A DNA stretch of 62,341 bases, filler included, from Hausera hauseri (Eukaryota): assembly GCA_046269625.1 (NCBI GenBank). It is 13 parts of 13 records of this genome, joined end to end, with 100 filler letters (N's around TTAATTAATTAA, not from the genome) between each part and the next. Parts side by side here need not be neighbours in the genome. Positions count along the whole stretch, not along the records: positions 36,825 to 41,319 come from JBJURY010554672.1; positions 41,420 to 45,872 come from JBJURY010574005.1; positions 45,973 to 49,975 come from JBJURY010826528.1; positions 50,076 to 54,091 come from JBJURY010817530.1; 9 more parts are not named here. One strand, written 5' to 3'. Numbering within the stretch: position 1 is the first letter of the stretch; each line of letters starts with the position of its first letter. Both the position numbers and the translations under genes were made by a program. Positions 37,291-51,056 of the stretch are shown here, one piece after another. The notes below the pieces were generated by a model, which saw only the letters and a program-made list of their open reading frames with translations, was not told the DNA's origin and made no database searches.

Positions 37291-37460
37291 CCACATTTAC
37301 ATCGGATGTGCTAATTATTGGTTTAGATTGATTTTATTTAAAATTTAAATTTTAGAATATTATATTACCTTTTTGATATAAGTAATATAATACTGTAAAA
37401 TTTAAATTTAAAATAAAATCAATCTAAACTAATAATTAAAACATCCAATGTAAATGTAGG
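37291..37460. repeat. AT-rich foldback / MITE-like palindrome
   Basis: Two arms of about 78 bp are near-perfect reverse complements (ccacatttacatcggatgtg... / ...acatccaatgtaaatgtagg). Confidence 0.85.
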
Positions 37461-39199
37461 TAAAATTAGGATCACCTGTACTTAATTAATATGAAATATC
37501 AGGTACAAAAATTCTGAACATTATTTTCCTCAAGACTTATCATTTAAAAAGTCACAAAATTGTGCAACACACTTTTTGCAAGAGAAAAGCAAATAAGTGT
37601 GTTGATTTCAAATATATCAGTTTCGAGTTATGGTGGGAGTTCGTTTTATAGCTAATTAATGAACGTAATCCAAATTGCTTCATAATTTCTTTTGAAAATG
37701 CAAAAATAGCTATTAATTTTGATGGTTGCGCATGAGGAACAAAGCAGGTCATTTAATTAAGCAATTAGTTAAATTATTATAGCAACTGTGCTGAACTGTT
37801 TTTTCGAGTCTGCTTGAATGGAATTTCTTGGGCAGAGGTACAAAGGTTACTATTTATCGAAAACGCAGTGAGCATGGAACAGTTCTATGCCGCAAGAGAA
37901 TTTCCGCTACTGTTCAGACATTGAAAATCTTGTGAAAGACGGTGGATGCAGTCATGACGGTACTGAGTAGAGGCTCTTTACTGACTATTCAAAGACAAAA
38001 TATTGTTGCTTCCTTTGTTTATGAGATAGTCGTGCAACTGAGACACATTATTCAATAACTCAGTAGCTAATGAGACAATAATATGCACCAGGAAAGATGA
38101 ATGTTAAAGAAAATCCTCTATCTAATCATAACAATGTGTGCATGCCACCGCTGCACATTAACTGACAGCATGGCTGTCTTTCCAAGCTGTTGTGGATAGA
38201 TTTCTTTTAAAGAAAAAATCTGATGATTATACGCAATTGGTTGCAAAGGTGCTGTGGTGTTCACAATTTTCCGGCATTTTATATTTACTCACCATCGATT
38301 GTAGATCCATGAATGACTGAAATTGTTGAGTCATTTGAATTAGCCGATCTGTTAGGTATGATTTTAGTTGAAACTGCTCCGGATGATCGGCAAAATAGTA
38401 ATCCATAAATTGCAGTCGCTTGCACCTGTCAAAATATTTGGTTATGTTCGATATTTGACACGTGTCTTATCGAATTTTCGAAAATCTTTCAGGGATTTGT
38501 AATGACAAACGAAGACATTTGATTAATTTTCAACATCCTATTTTATTGTACAAGTATTCATAAAATCCATAGTCTACTGTTAATGACATTGAAAAATATT
38601 TGAAATTGAGTACTGCCTAACAATAACTGAAAAATTACCGACAACGAAATCCGTTTATTTAAAAAGTTTTTTAACCCACTGACATTTAGTATAAATAGTA
38701 TAGACACTGGATAGAATGAGTAAAAATCCAATGAAATAGAATAAGTGAATCAAATTTGTACACGTAGAAAACACAACTTGATTATTAAAACAAAATGTAA
38801 GATAGAATTATTCCACAAAATTTTTATGTTGGCTAAAATGAGCACCATAGGTGATGACAGATTTGTTGTGGGTACAGGGGTTAGCATCGTTCATAACCTT
38901 AAGTGGTACCTAACATATAAATCATCTGCAGAAAGCCTTCATTGTTTTATTATATTCTTATTTATTATGGTACTAGGTAGTAATCCCATTTGATCATGTT
39001 TCATGTTATCTGAAGGTTACTTTCGTGAGTTTACTAATCTTTTTCCTGCTATATTTATTCCGATATTTGTCACTCATTGTAATTTTCATCTTTGAGTTAG
39101 ATAAATTCTAATAGAATTTCTAATAGTTATAACGGTGATATCAATCGTCATCACTCTAAATTTATAAAGATAACAAGTACATATACACGTCTACGATCT

Positions 39200-40700
39200 A
39201 CTCATCAGAATCAAAGGAAAGTATTAAATAGAAATTATTAAATTGCAAAGAATATAGAATACTGTAAGGATATATTTTAATAAAGCCAAATATGGGACTC
39301 ATCTCCCCAGATACTTAGATAAACCTCTTTTATTGTTTGTTTTAACAAAATCAAATGTGGAACTCGTCTTCATAGACATACTCCTAATATCATTACAAGA
39401 ACATGGAATCAACCCTAGATTTTACAGGGGTGTATGTATTACGGATTTAGAGAAAATCAAACGAATACAAGCATGTTCCATAAAAAGGAAACTCTCCAAT
39501 TATACCTTCTCAAATCTTTTCCCGTCGAACTAGTTTGAAAATGTCGGTATAGTTTAACTAATAATGTTAAATGAGATGGAAAATTAACTTTTCATGTTGT
39601 TTTGTTTCATAGAATTTTTGAGTAAAATTCATGAGTAAAGTAAATATTTTGATACAACAGGTTTCGATGTAATAGTCTTCCAGGAATCCTTGGTTGGACA
39701 AAATCTTTTATAATTGTGGTCAGTTTTATTGAGACCTTCGACAAATTCACGTAAATTATTAATCTGTTATACATGTTAATTATTTTACCAATAAGCACGT
39801 ATGTTTACTGCACTTATGGGTGTGTCTGAACGCAATTTAGTTTGTCTTATCACGAATTTATATGACTCTATATTATAGATATGTTATCCACTTGAGTTTT
39901 GGTAATTTTATACCTTGGAGTCTATCCTGAACACGATGAGGCATTCACGTAATTATATTTATCAACGTATAATACACATTCGTTCTCCCAGTGGGCTATA
40001 TCGATATAAAATTACTGAATTGCGTCAATTATACCCGAAGACTATACGACTGCTTAGCGAATTGACTGAGAGTGAACTTTGTATCATCTTCCGATAAGTT
40101 TATATCCCCTTGGATCAGAAAGAGCATACGCCCGCACCCAGACAACACTCGGTTGTAAGTATCCATGTTAAGAACCTCCAGATCTAAACGGTTTCATTCA
40201 CCTAGGTTCATTTTTATGTCTATAGGTGTTAAAATAATACCCTCGTTTAGACCCAAAAAATTGTTTGCCATACGTGCCACATATCCAGCTGAACCCACTC
40301 TATCATCATTATTTCATCATCGTAGCACCTTTATTTCGCTTATACAGGTGTTTAATGCCAATTTCACTGTCCATCGTCAAGGTCTGGAGATATACCATCT
40401 TCCCCCTCGATGTACCTAAACCATCTCATTATTCGCATCATTCTTTCCGTGAAACACAAATATGAAGGTTACTCGGATAGGGTAATTCAATTGTAATCGC
40501 CAGTCACATATAATACACGTTTAATTCAAATAACTAAAAAAAATATTTTAATAATTTCGTTTGCTACGGCCGCATTATTTTGGACAACTCTTTCATCCCA
40601 GATTGGGTGCATTCCACGGCATGACTGGAGCCAACACGACAGTTATATTCCCAATTGAACCTGTCAGCGGAATCCGAGGCACTGCAAGTTTACCTCAGTC
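39200..40700 (-). pseudogene. highly decayed gypsy pol
   Basis: Colinear relics VMPWNAP, FRYIEGEDGISPD and YRYSPLGER. Confidence 0.4.
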
Positions 40701-41797
40701 GACTATTTTAGTCTGAATCGAACAATTTATTTACCAAATACCGTCTTTACGGATATCATTAATTCAACACAATTATCGTACATACAAACAGATCAATCCG
40801 TGAATTTTCGTTGAAAAACTTTTATTATAAACAAATAATTTACATTATAAAGACGGTGATCGATTAAACATTAATTCACTTTCAATTGAATAGATTCTTA
40901 CCCTGAATATCTCCTGTTTCACGAAACGCGTTAACATTATGGGTCAGCAAACTATTCGCATGCATGTCTCCGTTCGCACTCCGTCCAGAATTCGACGCTC
41001 CATTCTGTGAATGATTATCATCTAATTCGTATATGTTGGGATCCATTTGCTATTAATTTAACTTCAATATAAATATGCTCAACACGCTATATTCACCCAC
41101 CTTAGGAGTATCCAAGAATATTTCACTATGAAATTGTAATTATGAAATGTAATGTAATGTTGTCGACTATAAATGTTTTGTCTATTTATACTTATTCGGT
41201 TGTTTCTAAATTTATTCACGTAATGACGTCAATCTGCCGATTGACGTCAAATGATTTCTAAATTTCAATTTTTAATTTCGCTTAATTGTACTTTTCAAAT
41301 TTCCAATTCTTAACCGTAANNNNNNNNNNNNNNNNNNNNNNNNNNNNNNNNNNNNNNNNNNNNTTAATTAATTAANNNNNNNNNNNNNNNNNNNNNNNNN
41401 NNNNNNNNNNNNNNNNNNNAGTTGTGTATCAGAGTAACATGCAGAGTGCAGATTGTTAATTGTGTTTAAAATATAAGATTGTATTTTGTCGCAAAAAATA
41501 TTTTGCTTTAATATTCAATAAACAGTATTACCTTTTGAATTTTCAAATTGTTATTAACCCTCTTTTTTGCACTGGAATCTTATTTTTGATCTCGTGATTT
41601 TTTTGCATTCCAAATTTGTGGTCGATCGGATTTAATTCATACAATAGTGGATATCTTGCAACTCTCAACTATTCAAAGAATTTTCAGAGTTAACAATTGG
41701 TGTCAAAAAAAGATAATATGTTTTAAATTTGGATGTAGGTCTCTTGTGCACCATTGTATACATTTATGTATGAGATCCTATTTATACTTTTTCACAG

Positions 41798-42639
41798 AAT
41801 TATTCTGAGTATTATTTTCACTAAGAAACCTCAAATCTTTTTGCATAATAGACTATTAAGCAGATTTCTTTAAATATGGAAAAATTCGTTACCGACCTTG
41901 ATAGATTACTTGATGATTATGAAAATGAAGATGATTCAAGTAATGTTTTGATTTAAAGTTTTCTGCGTATGACATAAATTTTTATTAGATGCTCTATATT
42001 CCAAAACAGAAGTTGCCGATTCTTCTGGTTATAATTCATTAAAAACAAGTACGGATTTTCTCGCTACAGAATCAACCGCCGATGCTCATGTTTACGTACC
42101 GATGAATAATATAGAAGAACTTCCAACACCCACATCAATGGATAACAGTGTCAAAACTGATGTTTCCTGTTCTGAAAATATCACAATTTTGCCTGAAGTA
42201 CATGAGAAGCATCTTTCCGTAGAAAATTGTGTTTCATCAAATTCGGATGTTGTTGAACAAACAATAACCCTTTCTGTATCATCTGATAAACGGAAACTAG
42301 AACTTCCAGCGGATATCTCAGAATCTAACAATAACAAAGCCGAAGTAACTCCGTCACATGACCCGCCAAAAAAGAAAAGTCGGCCAAATAGTTTATTTAC
42401 ATTTACCTCGGTCAAATTACCAGAGGATAATAATACTAGAAATGATGAGCAACCGAGTGCTGTTGTCAGCGATTTTGCTAATGAAACATCGTTATCTTCT
42501 GCAAAAAGGCCGCAATCTCTTCGAATATTTCCATCGGAGTATAGCCCACAATTGTTTCAGGAAGAGCCAAAATCGAATGAGTTAACGATTAATAATGAAT
42601 CGAATTCTGCATCACAAATGGAAATTTCATCTCAAATTG
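41798..42639 (+). CDS. host-like exons encoding a Ser/Glu/Asn-rich low-complexity region
   Basis: Long open frame through ORF 42102..42653. Plausible 49-nt GT..AG intron at 41940-41988. Acceptor tttcacAG at 41797. Confidence 0.5.
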
Positions 42640-42719
42640 GTATTAATTTGTAATAGTTATTACATAATAATTTTTTATGTTGTAAGGACTGTTACCTTCT
42701 AAAAAATTTTCCTATAAAT

Positions 42720-45001
42720 GCAGTTATACATCTAAGGATCATACTAATTTATCCGGATTATACAAGTTATTTGGAATCTCCCCCCCCCAAAGCGAATGAT
42801 GATAAAAGACATTTACTAATTTTAATTACGTAGATGTAGTCAAGTTCTGTATACTGTATACCGTACAATTTTTCATAAAGTACAACAAACAACGTGGAAC
42901 AGTGACGACCGTATTACTCATATCTGAAACATAACAGTACATTAATTGTAAATGATCATATCCACAGTGTATTCGGTATTGTATACAGAGCTTGTCACCT
43001 GCATCTACTCACTCATGTGAAAGAATTCAGTTATTTTTGGTTGCCTGGTTACCTTTGTCATTTGGAGCAAAACGTCTTCACTCAGATTTTCGACAGCATA
43101 GATGTGAAATTCACTAAAACCAGAATGGATCATCAAGAAGCGCTGTACTGTTTGCAAGGCTTCAATTGTTTCCCTATGAGTGGGAACAGTCAGTGCCTCG
43201 GAATCGTCATTCCAGTATCGAAATGTCGGATAACCCTCCAGTAATTGGCAAGCTGTGGTCCACATTCACAAATTCTTCAAAATGTACTTGCGCTGATGTT
43301 GACATGAATTGATGTAATCTCTCAAAAATATTGGCATCATCTGCCGGGTTGGTAACTGGCGTCATCACTTCTGGGTTGTCAGCATCGACATGAAATGCAA
43401 CATGTTTAAAGCAGTTGATGAGTGTCCTGATAAACTGCTTTCCACGCTTGCTTGAGAAGGTTAAGCGAATCAAGTAGAGAGAATTGAAAATCCATCCTGT
43501 TCTCATATGAAACAAGGTGTTGAACGAGCTTCTTGCGGTACATGCACTTCATGGAATTAATAATGCCAGCATCTAATGGCTGTTTTTGGTGTGTTGGGGG
43601 GAGGAGGAAATACAGTTCCACATTTGCCAAGTTGGATACAGTCCTGGGATTCGTTGGACACCGATCGAGAATCAATGCCACTTTTCGGTTTTGGCATTTC
43701 ACCTTTCGATCAAACGATACGAGAAATTCACAAAACAAATCACTGGTTATCCAGCCCTTTGAACATGTAGAACATTTTTAAAACAACGTGAATTTGCAAA
43801 CTTCTCAATTACAAAAAGAATATATTTCTCACCAGGCATCACACAGTTCTTTAGTCTGTTTGCCACCATGCAACTTTTCATGTGCGAAGACTAAAGTTCT
43901 CTCATTTATCGCAATTCAGGATATCCTATGTTTGATATTTGTTCATGATCTCCCTTGAAACCACATTCTTCCAGTGTAGAATGGCACTCTGGAACATCGC
44001 TACTTTCTACAGACATTTTCTTTGACGAAATACCCTGCTCATTTTACCATCTGTTTACCCAATAAATATCTACCTCTACATCATCTGCAATTTCCTTTAG
44101 CGCCTTTGCAAATCTAGTTTCTTTCTGGCGTAGAATCTTACCACTAATCGGGACGGATGGCTTATCTGTTCGTATGACTGAGAACCACTCCAACAGCGCT
44201 TTCGAGGTCTGTTCAAATTTTGCTATTTTCATGCATTTCATTGTCCATGTTTTGAGTTCTGTATCGCTAAGCGTTTGTACTTGCTATGTCCTTTTGCTTC
44301 ATTGACTTGTTTACATCTTGAAAGCAGATGATTTCACGTTTTTGTTTTAGTGTGATGTCAGTTCTTGATTTTTTAAGCGACGTTTAGAAAAAGTCGAAAA
44401 TCTGCAATAATATTATTCTGCTATGTTTATACTATAGTTTGATGGGAGGGAAATCTGCAAATTTATGAAAACTTACCAGATATGTGCAGTGTTGTGCGCA
44501 AATGGCGAATTCAAACAAAACCTCATTTATATGCATTATAAATAAGTATAAATAGTTTTCACGCCTCATANNNNNNNNNNTCGGGAAATTGCGAATTCAA
44601 ACAAAAATACTGTAACCTTAGCAATTTATAACCAAATTTATGTGCATTATAAATAAATAAATATAGATACAGTTAACACACAGAAACACCCGCACAAGAA
44701 ATAGTTACAATTTTATGTTAGTCACGCACGCATCATACATGCATCAAAGATATCATACAATCCATATTTTTCAACCAAAATAAAATGCACAGTACTGTAA
44801 ATACCGATAAATAACAAATGTAAGTATCCGGATTAGACGAATTAATTTCTTAATTTTTACTTCAAAAATCATCCGGATTAAGCGCATCGGGTTTACAGCA
44901 TTTTCATTACATGAAGTAAACTGCATTTTCAATCAGGACTTATTACTTTATCGGGATTATGTGATTATTCGGATTAACTCATGACAATACAAAGTTATCT
45001 G
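42720..45001 (-). mobile_element. pogo/Tigger-like DNA transposon, decayed (transposase about 43005-44380)
   Basis: CENP-B HTH (ALLEWF..PISGKILRQK); DDE_1 (RKVALILD.C..PLDAGII..K..YRK); C-terminal QPKITEFF. Repeated TCCGGATTA motifs near both ends. Confidence 0.8.
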
Positions 45002-45369
45002 TATGCAAGCACACATACAAGCGCAGCAAACGTACTTGATTTGTAAAATTAACAAATTTTCCAAATTTAAGTTAGTTTTATTCTACATGTTTCCACAACC
45101 AATTTACGAAGAATTTTCAGAATATAATCACAGGTACTAATTTTTCATCAACAAAGCTGTATAAATTCCTTTAGTGATCACAATAAAATTGCAATAAGAA
45201 TTCAAATCAAAAAAGTACCGGAAATCGTAATATTGAGATTTTACGTCTAACTTATCTAATTTTTATTATAGTGTTTCTCAAATTGATAAAGACTAATTAT
45301 GGTTCATTTGGATGATGGATGCTACACAACTCTGCATTCCATACCTAACAACACGAGGAATTATTTATA

Positions 45370-45660
45370 AATATAGTGTGGACAAGTTAGTTTTGGAAGT
45401 CGTGGAGACCACAAGTCGAAAGCAATCAATGACGACAATAGGGAGTTACTTCTAGATTTCATCGACAGACAACCAGAGTCAACATTGAATAAAATGGAGA
45501 AATTTCTTGATGAAACGTGTAATGTTAAATGCTGTGTAAATACAATCGTCAATTTTTTAACCGACAAACTAATTACGTTAAAAAGTTCAGGGTTCTGTAA
45601 AACAAAAGAACTCAGAAGACATTGAGATTAACCGCCAAAATTACGTTACGTGTTTTCTGC
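45370..45660 (+). pseudogene. Tc1/IS630-like transposase DNA-binding fragment
   Basis: GRGDH..LLLDFIDRQPESTLNKMEKFL....VKCCVNTIVNFL..NSEDIEINRQNY. Confidence 0.4.
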
Positions 45661-45972
45661 CCGAATCACGGTGCGCAATGTCTAAAGATAAATTAAATGA
45701 GTTATTACTGTTTAATTTTAGACGTCTAACAGAAAGTCAGATAATTCAGAAAAGAAAGAAAATAAGCGTCATCGCATAGAAGGTAGAAGACAAGATTACA
45801 AGCGCTGTTTTTAATCAGCATACCTCGCTACTATGGTAAAAAGGAGCCATCATTTGACTTAACCGATGTCTTNNNNNNNNNNNNNNNNNNNNNNNNNNNN
45901 NNNNNNNNNNNNNNNNTTAATTAATTAANNNNNNNNNNNNNNNNNNNNNNNNNNNNNNNNNNNNNNNNNNNN

Positions 45973-46455
45973 AAAGTAGATCCTCAGAAAAGAAGAAAAG
46001 ATGCTTATCAGTTCGAAGGACCGTATCAAATAATTCGACAAATTTCGCCTCATCAGTGGGAGCTGAAAAATATAAAAGGATGGTAGACTGATTCGAAGAA
46101 GAGTGGAATGGTTGAAAAGAATAAACTAGGATTATAAAAGAGAGGGGAAGTGATGGCTCAAAAATAAATAATAATAATAATTAAATAAATAATAATCATA
46201 ATTAAATTTATTATTTATTTTGTCATAAACTGTAAATTTAAATAAAAATTTTTCAATAGTAAATTATATTTTAACTTTAACTCTAAAATCAACCTTTGAC
46301 GAAATGTGCGATAAGATGTCAGGTGATACTCCGGATTTCGATCCGCCTAGCTTGCCGAACAAACCGATCGCAACTATAATGTTGAATAAAAAACTCCCGA
46401 TCTTATTCACTCCTTATGGTAGCTCGTCAATCTGATAAATGGGAAACATGAATCA
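45973..46455 (+). mobile_element. 3' end of a gypsy element: integrase GPY/F motif, PPT, ~305-bp LTR (46151-46455)
   Basis: FEGPYQIIRQI; AAAGAGAGGGGAAG then TGATGG...AATCA. Confidence 0.7.
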
Positions 46456-46779
46456 TGCGAATGCGTTGACATGCCGGCTTACCTGTACTTAGTAGAAAGT
46501 TTTTGATTTGACGAAACAGTAACTGCACACTAGCTTTGAAACCAAACCTTAATTGTCTGTGAGTAGTCATTTGGCAGAAGGATACAGTAAAAGGGCCGAG
46601 TTTTTTGGGGGAGGGGATAACATCGTAGCGTCTGTTATCCCCTGATCTGCCCCGCCCCATTTTAAAAGAACTAAAATTCTGAGGGTTATTATTTATTTCG
46701 GTTAATTTATTAATAGTTTGTTCTAAAAACAAAATAATTTTTGTCACTTATTTACAACGTTAAATCCAACATGGACAAA

Positions 46780-47660
46780 ATGCGAATTTGCACGATACTG
46801 TTAATATTCAAACTAGACTGGAAACATATTACGATATCAAGAATGCATTTGGGCCAGGAACCACTAATGAACACTCTGCGCAATGGTGGGTTAACAGTTT
46901 TCGTAGCGGTGACTAGATTCCTGAAGATTTAATGTGTAGAATGATTGACTATCGTATGTTGAAAACGACCAATTGTGGGATTTGGTCAAAGCAATTCTCG
47001 TAAAATGGTTCTGGAGCTTACTTCGGAATTAAGTGTATCGCACATGACAGTACCCAAACATATGTAGGAGATTGAAAGGTATAAAAAACTCGATAAATGA
47101 GCGTTGCACAAAATGACTGAAAATCAAAGTGCTGAAAATCTGTCCTTCTGAGCAATAAAAACGACCATTTTCTCGACCGCATTTTGACGTGGATACTTTA
47201 CGGCGCTCAGCTCAATGGTTAAACCACAATCAAACAACGAAACACTTTGCATAGTCGAAACTGCACCAAAAGAAACTTATGATGACTGTTTGGTTATCTG
47301 AATCCGAGAGTTTCCGATAGTTTCTATCACACCTGAGAAGTATGCCAACATATCGACTAAATTCACTAGAAACTGCAACGCATGTGCCCCGTAGATTAGG
47401 TTCAATTCTCTCCTAGACCACAAGTCGCACAGCCGGCTCTGAAGAAAATGAACGAATTGTTCTACAAAACGGTGTCTTATCTCCGATATTTTCCCTATTG
47501 CCACTTCTCGACAACTTCTGCGCAAACAATGGCTAAAATCCTAGACTATGTCAAAAATGCCTCCAACGACTTCGTTGTCATCAAGAATCAGAAATTCTAT
47601 GCTGTCGGCATCAATACGCTTGATTCTCGTTATGGATTAATATACCATTGTCAGGTAAAA
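46780..47660 (+). pseudogene. decayed mariner transposase
   Basis: FRSGD..ED; FLDRILT; KLHQKKLMMTVW. Confidence 0.65.
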
Positions 47661-47990
47661 AATCTGTAAAGTTTAACAATTTTTTCTGTTACATAATCTT
47701 ATGGAAATGTTTTAGCATTGATTAAAGACCGCAAACGTGGATTAACTGTTATGAATTCCATTGAAATAAATCACTGAAACATACTCGAGAATGAATACTT
47801 GAGTAACTTTATGATAATTAAATTATATTTATCCAATATTGAAGAAGTAAATACAAATGGAGTTTACAAAATATAATTTCCAATGAAATACAGAAGACAA
47901 ACATTTAAATAGTTAATATACAAGGTTAATCTAAATTAAAACATGATTGCCTAATTGTTTACTTTTGAATATATGCACGAACGATTGATG

Positions 47991-48912
47991 TGTTAAAGTT
48001 GAAGGTGGGCCATATACAACACCGAACTATAATAATAAGTTTCACTAAAAGTTTATTAAGATTTAACTAAGCAGGTAAGTCCTAACGTTCTCGTTAGAAT
48101 GTTTACACCAAGTTTAAATGTCTGTACTGCGTGCAAATCCTATGCAAATGTTTTAAAAAGTCTCGACTTAGCTATGAATTTTACTCTTGACTTTAATTCT
48201 TAATATATCTCAAGTCCCTCTTAAGGAGCGACGGAAAACAATGAAAACGATTTTAAAATACAATTTATTCACAATAAAACAAAATACCGTGACGTACAAT
48301 CGTCAAAATAGAATAAACTGTTTCAATCAGAATCAATCTGCTTCAATTATTTTCTAAGCTCGTCGTGAGCGTTTCAATTAATCTCCAAATTCGAAACTGT
48401 TGAAATTGAGTTCAATGTTTCTGTTCAACTCGTTCAAATAAATTTGCAATGATCGTTCTGAGCTTTTCCAATAAGCTCAATCAAATTTCACAATCTCTAA
48501 AGTTCAATAAGTTCCTTCTAACTGTTTTTGAGCCGCCTTATATAGCAGACTGATTGTGGGCGGGTTTGTGGGCGAATGGTTAATGATTAATTTTCATTAA
48601 TTTTTGAACAATTTCTTTTCGGTTTTTGCCCAATTATTTGCAAACGTAGGAGTAAATAAATTGTCTTCTCAAAGATAAAATTATTTTCGGCTGCTTAAAT
48701 TTGTAGGCGTAAGCCAGTTAATCATGCAATATTTTTGTAAATTAATAATAATTCAATAACAGTTCCTTTTTTCGATTTCAGTTTCGCTATCGATTTATAC
48801 AATTTATGTACATTTCAACCTTCTTATGTCTTTTTTATAACCGATGCATATGTACATAAACTTTTGCACAAATTGATTTTGTATTCGCAGAGGAAAATTG
48901 GATTTTACAACA
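47991..48912 (-). mobile_element. solo LTR-like element, family A
   Basis: Starts TGTTAAAGTTGAAGGTGGGC like the 14768 copy. The right boundary is uncertain (about 48842 or 48912). Confidence 0.6.
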
Positions 48913-50075
48913 GCCCGAGTGATAATTTTGTTCCTTATCTGCAATCATAAATGCCTATGTTGGATTAGGCAATTTTAATTTTTATCGAGTTGCTCCTCAG
49001 TAAATTTTTTTTAATTTTAACAATCTACTTCAAAATTAATACTCTTTCTGCCAACCAAAGAACACCCCAATCAATTCTGCACTTTCGTGTTTTGAAAGTG
49101 GTGCACTTCTATTGACCAGTTTACTTTTACTCCTTTAAATAACAACTAATTATAAAAATGAATTGTAAGAAGGCTTGCTCTTAGGAGTATTAAATAGTTC
49201 AACTGTATTACAACTATCACTAGCGTTCACTACTTTGATTACTCGATGTTATTAATCAAGTTCTAGCTCTTTGATAATAGATTTAGGAGTTATTAGAGTA
49301 AATTGTATCACTTCGAAACAAGTTCGACCCTTCTTCTCTAACGCAACCACACCGTCAATGACACTTTGTATAAAACAATGAGCCCGCTTAAAAAAATCAA
49401 GCGAACGTATTTTATCACCAGGGTTTGGACCCAATTATTTAAAAAAAATTCAGATCGCTACGGCAATTCAACGAATAGTCCGCAGTCGAATCTGTAACAT
49501 GCAGTTTTATTTATCATGCAGTCAATTTGTGAGCTCAATTAACAAACAAATTTAATTTTAAGCCCCAGAATGTTTTCTACACCTCACAACAATTAAGGTT
49601 CCTTTTTGTAAAAAAATAGAAAGATAAATAAATTAGACCCACTTGAAGTTCGATCCGTTACGCCACTTGCAAGTTATATTGTTTCTTTTTCTTTTTTCTT
49701 CAAAGGAAGAAGCCCAATACGTCACAATAAATTTTATTAAAAATAGCACAATTTTTCTCAATTTTGTAACCTTTCTGTACAATATACACCAAGGACGTGC
49801 GATAAAATGAAAACGAAGAGTGCACTAGTTCTATTCATCACAAACAGGCTTTATATAAAAGATAATAAAAACACTAAGCAGCAATATACCATTGTTCAAA
49901 AACCAATTACACCTCAATCACAGGAAAAATAATAATCAAACAGGTGCTGCTTCACATCAAAATTTACAATTACCGNNNNNNNNNNNNNNNNNNNNNNNNN
50001 NNNNNNNNNNNNNNNNNNNTTAATTAATTAANNNNNNNNNNNNNNNNNNNNNNNNNNNNNNNNNNNNNNNNNNNN

Positions 50076-51056
50076 ACTCTCAGGACTCTGACATTTACTT
50101 GAACTAATTGTATGCTGTACAGAACTAACGTTATGGGTTCGAATTGGTATTTCATAATCACTCATCGAAGGACATTGTTGAGTACGATCGTTTATAGCAC
50201 GTGTTTTCCTTGACAGTCGATTTAGAGGCGGAAAATCGGGCCCGACTATGGACCCGACGCGGCGGCAACGGACGCCCGGCGGCGCCCGACCAAATAGGCC
50301 AAAGGGCACCGGCCGTCGTGGGCACCACAACATCAAGAGGAGAAAAATCATCTCGGAAATGCTGCTTGCCAGACAAAAAGAAAGGGTGTTTTTGGATGGA
50401 ATTGTAACAGGAAATGCAAAATGGATATATTTCGATAATCCCAAATGCCGAAAAACCCTTTGCGACCCCGTCAACCATCGACATAGACGCCAAAGCAAAA
50501 TATTCATGGAAGAAGGTTATGCTCTGTATTTGGTGGGATCAGAAGGATGTGATATGTTATGAGGTACTTCTACCTGATTAAGCAGTCACAGGAGATCTCT
50601 ATCAACAAAAAGTGATTCAGTTGAGCCAAGAATTGTACAAAAAACGACCAGAATATGAGACAATACAGCACAAAGCTATCTTGCTTCATGACAACGCTCG
50701 ACCTCACGTCATTAAAGTAATCAAGGAAACATTGAAAGCACTTCGCTGGGAAGTACCACCCCATGCGACTTATTCACCAGACTGTGCCCTTTCCGACTAC
50801 CGCTTGTTTTGGTCGATGGCATACGCACTTGCTGAAGAACACTTCAAGTCTTATGAAAACGCCGAAAAATTGGTCTCTGATTGGATAGCCTCTAAAGACG
50901 AGTCTTTCTTTCGTGGTGAGATCTGCTTATTGCAATAAAGATAGGAAAATGTCATATCTAACGATGAGCAGTACTTTAATTGCTATGTTTTCGTTTGTTC
51001 CTTAAATAAAGGCTTAAGTTTTACAAAAATATGCGGGTTTTAAGTTATAGACCTAA
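50076..51056 (+). mobile_element. mariner (DD34D) transposon, 3' part with TIR
   Basis: IVTGNAKWIYFDN; LLHDNARPH; YSPDCALSDYRLF. TIR ...AAGTTATAGACCTAA followed by TA. Confidence 0.9.
50176..50329 (-). mobile_element. 154-bp solo LTR (family B) inserted in the mariner
   Basis: TG...CA termini with a 4-bp TSD ACAT on both sides. Removing it restores KDIKRRK. Confidence 0.8.
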
